Below, one piece after another: positions 48,601-56,758 of a stretch of 64,000 nt of DNA. The position numbers and the translations under genes were made by a program. The DNA comes from Candidatus Latescibacterota bacterium (GTDB taxonomy: Bacteria > Latescibacterota > UBA2968 > UBA8231): positions 6,144,001-6,208,000 of the forward strand of contig OZ244561.1 in assembly GCA_965217585.1 (NCBI GenBank), given 5' to 3'. The first letter of the stretch is position 1. Each line of letters begins with the position of its first letter. A model generated the notes under the pieces. That model was not told the DNA's origin and made no database searches. It saw only the letters and a list, made by a program, of their open reading frames with translations.

Positions 48601-49322
48601 GAACCATCACCATTGCAAAAGGCCAGAGAACGGGGACGGCGCAGCTTATCCTGACGCCCAAGGACAACGCGACGGCCGATGGCCCTAGGGCCTTCGCTGT
48701 GCTGGCTACTTCGTCGAGTGGACACCAAGCTCTGATCAATATCAGGATCGACGACGACGACGAGGCCGACGGCGAGGCCGACGACGAAATGGCCGACGGC
48801 GAGGCCGACGACGAAATGGCCGACGACGAGGCCGACGATAGCGGGATGGCCGACGAGGCCGACGGCGAGCTGGCCGACGACGACGATGGCGAGGCCGACG
48901 ACGGGATGGCCGACGGCGAGGACGATAAGGCCGACGACGACGATGGCGAGGCCGACGACGAAATGGCCGACGGCGAGGACGGCGAGGCCGACGGCGAGGA
49001 CGATGAGGCCGACGACGAGATGGCCCTTGCTTTCGCCGGGGCGGTCGCAGACCAAGCGTACACCGCTGGTGCGGCGATTACCGCGCTGCAACTGCCGGAA
49101 GCTATGGGCGGTGAAGGCGATATAACGTACCGCGTCTTCGACTTGCCTGCTGGCTTGACGTTTGACGCGGACACGCGGACGATTTCGGGCACGCCCGAAG
49201 CCGCCACCGCTGGGGCCGTTGAGGTCACCTACTTGGCGCAGGACAGCGCAGGAGCCGGCGCTACGTTGACCTTCTCCATCACGGTCAACCCGGAGCTGAG
49301 ATTGGGACTCGGCGACTCTTAA
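45645..49322 (+). CDS. Large acidic surface/adhesin-like protein (cadherin-like beta-sandwich, Calx-beta-like, He_PIG Ig-like domains, low-complexity repeats)
   Basis: AAAGGAG RBS. Late signal peptide …LPVAA|Q. SDDVTLSAL…LEPTF…EVTVTATP (cadherin-like); SVSENDGPVTITVTL (Calx-like); LP.A.GG.GD.TY…LPAGLTFD..TRTISGTP (He_PIG). Confidence 0.85.
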   Translation: MKNLDHIASAIAEAMSVHRWREQRRPPSPLDRLPPRWGGRPSPSTASAAGPLAARARYALVAVACLGLTCVLALPVAAQTLSDDVTLSALVVNDGSADLPLEPTFNSATASFGEYYVDVSHDVEEVTVTATPNHSGATVEYDPPNVLPLEVGYQGIRIYVTSEDGVEDETYKVGVFRAPPATPSCTLNPGDIWCSLLPVTLNDPALLGASIGALSDFDFTYKGYKYWFRSIRLDDRDGELRVIFYPLYPFNRLTERAAVGALDKLYLQVENESFRFSENERPSWSTAHHPWSDSGLEWSEGTTVTVRLRENPPEVESVEETSWPQSGGHVYRWGDTILFTLTFSGKVRVEGQPTLVFDLGGSDREARFWGLSDIDYTKDGPRPRPRPEAVKVHFGYTVQPGDFDSDGVEVGELSSAIRLGDARILSAANGDEVELSYAALGRLMDHTVDGGSTQPPADAGVTIVDTDGNPLAQVNGEYRLVIPENTLGRYGLKLNTRPTHPVDFSAIYGDGDEDLRVLPTYTPLSIAPDEWETTYWMEIRAWRDDDAVDGERVFHNRVHSKDPVYNDLILPDVLVVEDDDDATASATALEESSGEDDLGTSAGHSEPQEEDEITALTASFEDEPSGHDGESAFTLRIAFSEAVAIDAPSVGVINGSVTEVRRVDGRDDLWEITVVPASNEMVFVSLLQPLACGETGAICTADGRPLSVGISTVVPGPEELSGTSEEQVSEELSDDSGAEETAQQPKSDDSSGNRKSTDGNAPRGTATSTAGGDSSDASESEEQQESPNTEEPSTPTVESEESSDDPGGGGTSEEQASEESSDDPGGGGTSEEQVSEESSDDPGGGGTSEEQVSEESSGDSGGEETAQQPKSEESSDDSGGEETSKQAESEESSDDSGGGEPSEEQVSEESSGDPGDEEPPTPTVELDGISASHSSVSENDGPVTITVTVTLDKAAAVDETITLAIVSPTLGKTAKQGEDFDATLDGTITIAKGQRTGTAQLILTPKDNATADGPRAFAVLATSSSGHQALINIRIDDDDEADGEADDEMADGEADDEMADDEADDSGMADEADGELADDDDGEADDGMADGEDDKADDDDGEADDEMADGEDGEADGEDDEADDEMALAFAGAVADQAYTAGAAITALQLPEAMGGEGDITYRVFDLPAGLTFDADTRTISGTPEAATAGAVEVTYLAQDSAGAGATLTFSITVNPELRLGLGDS
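47797..48420 (+). repeat. Intragenic 54-bp tandem repeats (SEESSDDPGGGGTSEEQV-type)
   Basis: Near-identical 18-codon units from about 48039 to 48390, plus a related copy near 47800-47890. Confidence 0.9.
48750..49022 (+). repeat. Intragenic Asp/Glu-rich degenerate repeats (DGEADDEMA)
   Basis: Recurrent GACGGCGAGGCCGACGACGAAATGGCC units. Confidence 0.9.
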
Positions 49323-49352
49323 CTCAAATAGGCCCTGCCCCTCGACCCCTGC

Positions 49353-49389
49353 AAAGCGCCCGATGTCTCCTTGGCATCGGGCGCTTTTT
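49353..49389 (+). terminator. Rho-independent terminator (possibly bidirectional)
   Basis: AAAGCGCCCGATG-loop-CATCGGGCGCTTTTT, 30 nt after the stop at 49322. Confidence 0.85.
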
Positions 49390-49434
49390 CATGCACTGAT
49401 ACCTGACACCCGACGCGAGTTTTAAGAATGCTTC

Positions 49435-49470
49435 TTAGGACCAGACGAAAATCGCCGGTTTGTCCTCCGA
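49435..49470 (-). repeat. Displaced copy of the 3' end of CDS 50578..51426 (direct repeat with 50578-50613)
   Basis: 32/36 nt identical. Encodes SEDKPAIFVWS* versus SADKPEIFVWS*. Confidence 0.9.
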
Positions 49471-49514
49471 ATCACGGCTAGGGATATTACAGTAAATGAC
49501 GTTACGCGGCGGGC

Positions 49515-49790
49515 CTACTCGTCGGCTTCTAACAGGCGTCTAAAGGCTTCGAGGCTGGGCACCTGTATGGCCGCCCGATGTAACTGCTTGAGGCGCTGCA
49601 CATCGTCAATGGCCTCAATGCGGTCGGCCAACTGGCGGGCTTCCTCCGGCTGAAAGCGCAGGGCCAACACTTCGAGGAGAAATTCTCGGCCCCCCTGCTC
49701 AATGCCCTGCTCCAGTCCTTCCTCAACACCTTGTTTGCGGGCTTGTTCGGTCAGGTATTGGGCAACGGGTGATTCGCGGATAATATCCAT
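49515..49790 (-). CDS. Probable internally initiated small C-terminal protein (RpnS-type antitoxin), 91 aa
   Basis: In-frame ATG at 49790 preceded by AAGGAGG (plus-strand 49796-49802, 5-nt spacer) and a U-run. Confidence 0.65.
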   Translation of the reverse strand: MDIIRESPVAQYLTEQARKQGVEEGLEQGIEQGGREFLLEVLALRFQPEEARQLADRIEAIDDVQRLKQLHRAAIQVPSLEAFRRLLEADE

Positions 49791-50435
49791 CAGGCCCTCC
49801 TTAAAAAAAATGGCAGAAACGGTGTCTGGTGCGTACACCAACCCGCTCAGCAGCGACATCGCGGCTAGACAATCGGCTTTCGTCGACCGGTCCATCGTGT
49901 GTGCCTGTGCCGTACGCACACACGCCTGGAGCCAATCCTCCGACGCTTGCCCCGTCGCTGGCTTCATCAACGGCGCAAACGGCAGCAGTCCCATAGGCCC
50001 CGACTCTAAGATCGGTTGGCCGTCCTGTTCGCTCAGCCGGATCACTTGGTACTCAATTAAGATGCGGTGGCCGGGCTGCTCTTGGAAATAGTGTCCCGGA
50101 TCGCGCCGACCTGCCTCCGACCGCAGGTAGATCACGATAGCATACACCGGCAGGCCGTATTGCTCAACAAGCCGCCCGATGTAGCCGACCATCCGCCGCG
50201 GCATGGGCGGGTCGGTCCGGTCGGTGGTTTGAAACTCCGTATGAACCAACACCTCCTTGTCGCCGAGCCGCACGCGCAGCAGGCTATCAGTGCGGCGGGC
50301 TGCGACCGTGGGTTGCTCGGTGTCGAGCACGTCTAAGACTTCGATGTCGTCGCGACCGAAGGTGAAGCGGACAAAATCGTCGGGGTAGTGTTGAATCAAG
50401 TATTTGGAAATGGTATCAAAGTCAGACATCGGCAT
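49515..50435 (-). CDS. Rpn/YhgA-like (recombination-promoting nuclease / putative transposase) PD-(D/E)XK protein
   Basis: DFDTISKYL..YP.DF, RRTDSLL…VHTEFQT, MP.RM..Y, PVY.IVIYL, YQVIRL, LLPFAPLM, C-terminal QG.EEG.EQG.EQG…RF…I..I.D…L..L. Confidence 0.88.
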   Translation of the reverse strand: MPMSDFDTISKYLIQHYPDDFVRFTFGRDDIEVLDVLDTEQPTVAARRTDSLLRVRLGDKEVLVHTEFQTTDRTDPPMPRRMVGYIGRLVEQYGLPVYAIVIYLRSEAGRRDPGHYFQEQPGHRILIEYQVIRLSEQDGQPILESGPMGLLPFAPLMKPATGQASEDWLQACVRTAQAHTMDRSTKADCLAAMSLLSGLVYAPDTVSAIFFKEGLMDIIRESPVAQYLTEQARKQGVEEGLEQGIEQGGREFLLEVLALRFQPEEARQLADRIEAIDDVQRLKQLHRAAIQVPSLEAFRRLLEADE

Positions 50436-50577
50436 TGCCTTGAGGCCGGGGTTAGGCCGTGCCCTGTTGCACCTTAAATAGGTAATGTGTGGACTGGGGG
50501 CCGCTTGTCAATTGGCGGGGAGGCCGCAGGCCCCAGGCGGGGAAGGCCGCAAAACATCGGGCCGACGCGCAGTTCCC

Positions 50578-51426
50578 CTAGGACCAGACAAAAATCTCCG
50601 GTTTGTCCGCCGACATGGCGAAGAAGCAGGCTAGCACGACGCGGCGGCGCTGGCGCGTTAGGCGTTCTACTTCGTGGATGTTTTCGGTGCAGAAGAAGTA
50701 GAGATCGCCCGGCGTCAGCCGGACTTGGACGCGGGGGATGCGGCGCTCGGCGACGTACTCGGCGAAGCGATCTTCGCGCAGGACTTCCTCGACGTGGGGC
50801 TGGGTGCCCCAGCACCGATAGATAAAGGGTTCGTCGGCGCTTGCTGCATCGCCGGTTTGCAAGCACAGCACCCCGGCGAATTGGCGCTGGAAGTTGGCGA
50901 CTGCGTATTCGTAGCCGGGGCGAGAGCGCTTGGCGACGGAGTCGTAGTGGGGTCTGTGGCCTTCGGCGGCGTGATACATGCGGAAGATGGCCGGTCCGTA
51001 GAGCCGTCCGTCTGGTTCGCGCGCGGTTTGTACTACTTTGCCCTCGGCTAGGTCGGATAGGGCTGCGTACATCGTGCGTACCGGATCTGCAAACCCCTCG
51101 AAGAGCGTTGCGAACAACTCGTGGGTGCCGGCGGCGTGGGCGAAGAAGGCCGCTGGGTCGGACCCGAGCCGTCCGAGGCTGGTGCCCAAGTCGAGATAGG
51201 GGCCGCCGCTTAGCTGGGAAGCTTGGCCCACGGTGGCCGGGTCGAAATAACCCCGCTCTTCAAAGCGGCGCATCAAGTCGCGGCAGTGGTCGGGCGAGTA
51301 AGCACCCCGCAGGATCACGGCGGGGACATCGCCGGCGGCTAAAGCGGTGAGAGGGCGGGGCAGGCTGTGCAGCAGAGCGGCCGTGCTGTGGGCCTCGGCG
51401 GGTGTCCAAGCGTTGGGCTGGGTCAT
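50578..51426 (-). CDS. 2OG-Fe(II) oxygenase-like hypothetical protein
   Basis: PAIFRMY…HRPHYD (HxD), GVLCLQ, PGDLYFF…HEV…R.VL. Confidence 0.7.
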   Translation of the reverse strand: MTQPNAWTPAEAHSTAALLHSLPRPLTALAAGDVPAVILRGAYSPDHCRDLMRRFEERGYFDPATVGQASQLSGGPYLDLGTSLGRLGSDPAAFFAHAAGTHELFATLFEGFADPVRTMYAALSDLAEGKVVQTAREPDGRLYGPAIFRMYHAAEGHRPHYDSVAKRSRPGYEYAVANFQRQFAGVLCLQTGDAASADEPFIYRCWGTQPHVEEVLREDRFAEYVAERRIPRVQVRLTPGDLYFFCTENIHEVERLTRQRRRVVLACFFAMSADKPEIFVWS

Positions 51427-51483
51427 GGGATTCCCTTATGGATAGTTGTAAAATTTCGTGTCAACTCGTTGTAGGCGTGTAGG

Positions 51484-52527
51484 TTATAATACGACCTCTC
51501 GGCCCGTGCGCGCCGACTCATAACAGGCATCGACGATCTTTTGCAGGTTGAGTAGCTGGCGGGCGTCCTGCATGTCCCAAGGCTCGCCGGCGCGGAGTTG
51601 GGCGATGAGGGTGGCGTCTTGGGTGTGGACGCTTCTGCCCCAGTCGTCGCCGTCGAGTTGAGGCGTTTGATCGACGATCTCGCCTTCGACATCGACCTTG
51701 ACCGCAAAGGGCTCGCCGGTGATGGTGGCTCGGGTAGTGGTCAGTTCAAAGCTGTGGAAGTTGGTCACCTCGCTGCACCAGTTGCCCTCCAAAGAGTAAA
51801 AGGTGCCGTTGTCAAAGCGCACCAAGCCGCTGATGAGGTCTTCGGCGTCGTAGCGCGCGTGGATGGCGGCATCGATCTTGGGTCCGCGCTTGCCGGGGAA
51901 GAGGCGGCGGGTGGCCGCACTGACGGTGAGCGGATTGGGCGAGCCGCCGACCCACATCGCCAAGTCGAGCGTGTGGACCAGGGTCGAGGCGAGGACCCCG
52001 CCGCCGGAAGTGGCTAGGTGGTAGTGCGGCCCCCAGACGGGCGGATCGTCGTGGCAGCCCCACGCCTTGGCGAACACGGGCTCGCCGATGGTGCCGCCTT
52101 GGACCAGGTCGTGCAAGTACCGCGAACTCGGCAGATAGCGCATGTTGGTGCCGAGCTGGACTTGTAGCCCGGTCTCCGCGGCCTTGGCGAGGACGGCTTC
52201 GGCCTGCGCGGCATTCATCATAAAGGGCTTTTCGCACAGCACGCAGGCCCCGGCGTCGAGGCTGGCCAAGGACATGGCCTCGTGCGTGTTGGGCATGGTG
52301 GCGACGATGACCAAGTCGAGGTCGCCGGGCGCGAGCATGTCCCGGTAGTCTTTGGCCGCGCGGGCTGCGGGCCAGAGCTGGCAGGCGGCGGCGAGGCGCT
52401 CGTCGTCGAGGTCGCAGACGGCAGCAACCGTCGCTTGGTCCGCGCCCAATGCCTTGATGCCGGCAAAGTGGACGTTGGCTTGAGTGCCGCAGCCGATCAT
52501 TCCAATGCGCACGGCGCGATCTAGCAT
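51484..52527 (-). CDS. Gfo/Idh/MocA oxidoreductase
   Basis: IGMIGCG, DLVIVATM..TH, VLCEKPF, SGGGVL…HTLD. Confidence 0.92.
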   Translation of the reverse strand: MLDRAVRIGMIGCGTQANVHFAGIKALGADQATVAAVCDLDDERLAAACQLWPAARAAKDYRDMLAPGDLDLVIVATMPNTHEAMSLASLDAGACVLCEKPFMMNAAQAEAVLAKAAETGLQVQLGTNMRYLPSSRYLHDLVQGGTIGEPVFAKAWGCHDDPPVWGPHYHLATSGGGVLASTLVHTLDLAMWVGGSPNPLTVSAATRRLFPGKRGPKIDAAIHARYDAEDLISGLVRFDNGTFYSLEGNWCSEVTNFHSFELTTTRATITGEPFAVKVDVEGEIVDQTPQLDGDDWGRSVHTQDATLIAQLRAGEPWDMQDARQLLNLQKIVDACYESARTGREVVL

Positions 52528-52641
52528 GGATAGTTCCTTTCTTGTGGTAGCTCAACACAGGTTTTCGGCGTATAATGTCCCAGAATACGTAGAGCGAAAC
52601 CCAACCGGCGTCAAGGTGCCGGACAAACGCGAGGCTTGGCT

Positions 52642-53892
52642 ATGACACAACAGGTAGATGTGCTGGTTATCGGCGGCGGAGTCGTTGGTATCTGCGCGGC
52701 GCACTTTCTCCAGCAGCAGGGCCGCGAGGTCACTGTGGTCGAAAAGGATGTGGTCTGCGCGGGGAGCTCCTACGGCAACGCTGGGCTGATTGTGCCCAGC
52801 CACAGCGTACCGCTGGCCGAGCCGGGGGTCATCGCCCAAGGCTTGCGGTGGATGTTCGACCCGGACAGCCCTTTCTACATCAAATGGCGCTGGGACCGCG
52901 ATCTCGTGGCTTGGCTCTGGCAATTCCGCAAGGCTAGCACCATGCGGCGGGTGCGGCAGGCCATGCCGCTGTTGCGCGATATGCACTTGGAGAGCTTTAG
53001 GCTCTATGAGGCACTGGCCGCCGAATTGGACTTTGCCTTTGGGCACGAGGGCCGGCTTTTGCTGTGCAAGACCGAGCAGGGGCTTGAAAGCGTCCACGAA
53101 GAGGCCGAGCTGATGCAGGAGGTGGGGATAGAGGTGGAAATGCTCGATGCCGAACAGGTGCAGCAGCGCGCTGCCACAGTGGAATTGGACTGCGTGGGCG
53201 GTGCTTTTTATGCGCAGGACGCCCACTTGGACCCAGCGCGTCTTGTGCGCGCCTTGGCCGCGCGTTGCGTTGAACGCGGGGTGCAGCTTAACGAGAAAAC
53301 CGAGGTCTTGGGGTTTGGAAAAAAAGGGCGTCGCGTCCAAGTGGTCGAGACGACGCGCGGGGATTTTGCCGCCGCCGAAGTCGTGCTGTGCAGTGGGGCG
53401 TGGTCGCCGGGCGTGGGCCGCGGGTTGGGCCTGTCCCTACCGGTGCAGCCGGCCAAGGGCTACAGCGTCACCGTCCACAAGCCGAGTCAGTGCCCGCCGG
53501 TACCCCTAATGTTGGTGGAGGCCCGCGTCGGCACCACCCCGATGGGGGACAAGCTGCGCTTTGCCGGTACGCTCGAATTGGCGGGTATGGATACGTCGAT
53601 CAACCGCCGACGGGTCGCCGCGATTGTCAATGCGGTGCCGCGCTACGTACCGGCGTGGACGCCAGATGCCTTAGAGCTAATCGAAGTGTGGCGGGGTCTG
53701 CGGCCCTGTACGCCGGACGGCTTGCCCTTTTTGGGGCGAGCGCGGGCGTACGACAATCTCACAGTGGCGGCAGGGCACGCCATGGTTGGGGTCTCGCTGG
53801 GGGCGGTGACCGGGACGGTGATCGCGCGCGTGGTACAGGGGGAGGAGCCGGGTTTTGATCTGAGTTTGTGCAACGTGGATCGGTTTGGATAG
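52642..53892 (+). CDS. D-amino acid dehydrogenase (DadA-like FAD oxidoreductase)
   Basis: IGGGVVG, SSYGNAG, QPAKGYS, LRFAGTLEL, WRGLRPCTPDGLP, GHAMVG. Confidence 0.88.
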   Translation: MTQQVDVLVIGGGVVGICAAHFLQQQGREVTVVEKDVVCAGSSYGNAGLIVPSHSVPLAEPGVIAQGLRWMFDPDSPFYIKWRWDRDLVAWLWQFRKASTMRRVRQAMPLLRDMHLESFRLYEALAAELDFAFGHEGRLLLCKTEQGLESVHEEAELMQEVGIEVEMLDAEQVQQRAATVELDCVGGAFYAQDAHLDPARLVRALAARCVERGVQLNEKTEVLGFGKKGRRVQVVETTRGDFAAAEVVLCSGAWSPGVGRGLGLSLPVQPAKGYSVTVHKPSQCPPVPLMLVEARVGTTPMGDKLRFAGTLELAGMDTSINRRRVAAIVNAVPRYVPAWTPDALELIEVWRGLRPCTPDGLPFLGRARAYDNLTVAAGHAMVGVSLGAVTGTVIARVVQGEEPGFDLSLCNVDRFG

Positions 53893-53901
53893 GAGGGTCA
53901 G

Positions 53902-55380
53902 ATGCGTTACGCACTGGGCATTGACTTGGGCACGGGCAGCACCAAGGCCGTCCTCATCGACGAGGCAGGAGACCTCATCGCTAGAGGGCAGGCCGAGTAT
54001 CCGCTCTACAAGCCGCATCCTGGGTGGGTCGAGCAGGACCCGGAGGAGTGGTGGCAAGCGCTGTGCGCGTCTGCGCGTCAGGCGCTCGCCGATATTGACC
54101 CAGCGCAGGTCGCCTGCGTCGGCCTGTCGGGGCAGATCAACGGCGCAGTATTTGCCGACAGCGCCGGACAGCCCCTGCAGCGGGTGCCGATCTGGCTGGA
54201 CCACCGCTCGCAAGCAGAGTGCGATTGGGCCGAGCAGCGCGCGGGTGACTTGCTGCGGGAGCGGACGCTAATGCGGTTGGGGCCGGTTAATACCCTAGCA
54301 AAGGTACTATGGGTAAAAGACCATGCGACAGATGTTTACCAGCAAAGTCGCTGGATGCTGCTGCCCAAGGATTGGCTGCGCTACCGGCTCACCGGACAGA
54401 TAGCAGCAGAGGTGTCGGATGCCTCGGCAACTGCGGCTTTTGATCTGCACGAGCGCCAGTGGTCCGGGGAAATTTTGGAGGCGTTGGAAGTCGATATGGA
54501 GCTGTTCCCGCCTTTGGTCGATTCGCCGGCCGTGGTCGGGGCCATAACCCCAGCGGCTGCCGAGCAGACCGGGCTGGTGGCGGGCACGCCCGTCGTCGCT
54601 GGCGGCGGGGACATGCCTTGCATGATCCTTGGTGCCGGGGTCATTGAGCCGGGCATTATCAGCTTGGGGATCGGCACGGCGGCGCACGCCACGGCTTTTG
54701 CCGAGACGCTGGACCCACGGGCCTTTGACAAACTCTGGCCGATGTGCCACCCCATCCCCGGCAAATACGCTTGGCTGGGCTGCTCGTTTACCGGGGGGGC
54801 CTCGCTCAAGTGGTTCAAGGAGGAGTTCGGGGGCAGCTACGAAGAGTTAACCGAGGCTGCGGCTGCGGTTCCCGCCGGTGCCGAGGGGGCGTTTTTCATG
54901 CCGTGGCTCGCAGGAAGAGCCACGCCGCGTCCCGATACCCATGCCCGCGGCGGCTTTGTCGGGCTGTCGCTGGCGCACACGAAGGGGCATCTGGTGCGGG
55001 CCGTGCTGGAGGGAGTCGTCTTCGATTTGCGGCACTCGCTCGACTGTTTCGCTGAAATCGGCTTGCCCATTGACGAGCTGCGGATCGGCGAGGGCGGCTC
55101 GCACTCGGAGGTGTGGCGGCAAATCCAGGCCGATATTTTGGGGCGCGACGTGGTGCGGATTGCCACCGACGATCTGTCGGCGATAGGGGCGGCGTTGTTG
55201 GCGGGCATCGGCGGCGAACTCTATGCGGATTTTGCCACTGCTTGCCAGCGCACGGTCAAGTTGGCCGAGACGGTGCGCTGCGATCGGGAGCGGGTCGAAT
55301 ACTACCGGCGGGCTTTTGAGCGCTATCGGGCGCTTTATCCGGCGTTGCGGGAGTGGTATGGGGGATCGGTCGGCGAGTGA
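53902..55380 (+). CDS. xylB: Xylulokinase / FGGY carbohydrate kinase
   Basis: GIDLGTGSTK, EQDPEEWW, GLSGQ, IWLDHRS, LLPKDWLR.RLTG…SDA, GGGD, RAVLEGV, GGS.S..W.QI.AD. Confidence 0.82.
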   Translation: MRYALGIDLGTGSTKAVLIDEAGDLIARGQAEYPLYKPHPGWVEQDPEEWWQALCASARQALADIDPAQVACVGLSGQINGAVFADSAGQPLQRVPIWLDHRSQAECDWAEQRAGDLLRERTLMRLGPVNTLAKVLWVKDHATDVYQQSRWMLLPKDWLRYRLTGQIAAEVSDASATAAFDLHERQWSGEILEALEVDMELFPPLVDSPAVVGAITPAAAEQTGLVAGTPVVAGGGDMPCMILGAGVIEPGIISLGIGTAAHATAFAETLDPRAFDKLWPMCHPIPGKYAWLGCSFTGGASLKWFKEEFGGSYEELTEAAAAVPAGAEGAFFMPWLAGRATPRPDTHARGGFVGLSLAHTKGHLVRAVLEGVVFDLRHSLDCFAEIGLPIDELRIGEGGSHSEVWRQIQADILGRDVVRIATDDLSAIGAALLAGIGGELYADFATACQRTVKLAETVRCDRERVEYYRRAFERYRALYPALREWYGGSVGE

Positions 55381-55465
55381 GAAGAGCTATTCCAAAGGGA
55401 AACGATTTCGCCATGACACTGCGCCCATTAAGACTGTGGATAATTAGAGCGAAAGGTAACATCGC

Positions 55466-56758
55466 ATGATTACGCAAATTGAGATCGGGGGCTATCGGCT
55501 TCTCGACGAGTTTAAGGCAGACTTCAAGCCGCTGACCGTGGTGATCGGTGCCAATGCCGTCGGCAAAAGTACGCTGATCGATTGTCTGCAACTGATTACC
55601 GAGTGTTGCGATTTTCCGCTAAATACCGCGATTGGTTGGCATTATGGGGCAGCGTCCCTTCTTACCTCAGGTAACGGGAATGGGAAGCTGACTTGGAAAA
55701 TCACATTTCATAGGCCCGCCACATGGGCTGCTTTTCCATTGGAGGCGGAAAAGTCCTTGGTGTACGAGGTTCTTCTCCAAGCCGATGCACAGGGTCAGAT
55801 GCACTCGCGATACGAGGTTCTCAGAAACCAAGAGCCAGCACCGGGACACACGGAACCCCTCAAGTTTCTGGAGACAACCCCGTACCATCGACACATATTC
55901 GACAGAAAACAACGCCGATTGATACCGTTTGATGAAGCGCAATCTTCACCTAATCTCGTCCGCGAATCCGATTCGGCGGAAGCCACCTCGGAAAGCGGCC
56001 TGATACAGCCTGCACAACAGGAGGCTGCGTTATTACTTTCACAAATCCGATTCTTCAACGAGTTTCCCATTCCTTCCTCAGCACGCGTTCTATTGGCGAA
56101 CATGGCGTTCTATCCGGGTTTCGATGTAACACGGTCTTCCACGCTACGCACCAAGGCCGACGATATCAAGCCAGTTACAACATTATCGGCTAACGGTGAT
56201 AACTTAGGTACCGTGCTGCACGAAATCCTGACCCGATATGATTATCGTTCAGTAGCAGAGAAGTTGCGTGATTTTCTGCGTGTAGCCTATCCCGCATTTG
56301 AGGAAATTCATTGCGATACCACCTTTGGAACGCCTCCACAAGTGCTGGTTGGGGTGCGCGAGAAAGGCATGTCTCGCTCCATGAATCTGTGGGATCTTTC
56401 GGATGGTATGCTGCGATTCCTGTGTCTGGCGACAGCTCTGTTGAATCCGCGACCTCTACTGCTAGTGGCGATTGACGAGCCGGAATTAGGATTGCATCCC
56501 GGCCTGTTGCCAATTGTGGCAGAAATGATCAAAACAGCGGCGGAGCGCACTCAAGTGTTGGTGACGACACACAGCCCGGATTTACTCAACTGCTTCGATA
56601 TAGCCGATGTTGCCGTGATGGCGCGAGATGCAGACGACGCACAGGTCACGTGGCATCGTCCTGCGGACCGCAAGACGCTTGTGCGAATGCTCAATAACGT
56701 TACTGGCGAAACGTTGGGAGACCTGCACCGCTCCGGCGAATTGGAGGCCGGCGCATGA
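55466..56758 (+). CDS. ABC-type (AAA_21-like) ATPase, putative defence/TA component
   Basis: Walker A GANAVGKS, signature LSDGM, Walker B AIDEPE.GLHP, H-loop TTHSP. Visibly more AT-rich than its neighbours. Confidence 0.88.
   Translation: MITQIEIGGYRLLDEFKADFKPLTVVIGANAVGKSTLIDCLQLITECCDFPLNTAIGWHYGAASLLTSGNGNGKLTWKITFHRPATWAAFPLEAEKSLVYEVLLQADAQGQMHSRYEVLRNQEPAPGHTEPLKFLETTPYHRHIFDRKQRRLIPFDEAQSSPNLVRESDSAEATSESGLIQPAQQEAALLLSQIRFFNEFPIPSSARVLLANMAFYPGFDVTRSSTLRTKADDIKPVTTLSANGDNLGTVLHEILTRYDYRSVAEKLRDFLRVAYPAFEEIHCDTTFGTPPQVLVGVREKGMSRSMNLWDLSDGMLRFLCLATALLNPRPLLLVAIDEPELGLHPGLLPIVAEMIKTAAERTQVLVTTHSPDLLNCFDIADVAVMARDADDAQVTWHRPADRKTLVRMLNNVTGETLGDLHRSGELEAGA

Noticed and set aside
50514-50552. 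Short direct repeat GGCGGGGA(A)GGCCGCA upstream of rpn
   Set aside because: Two GC-rich 15-16-mers; too weak to call a site without other copies.
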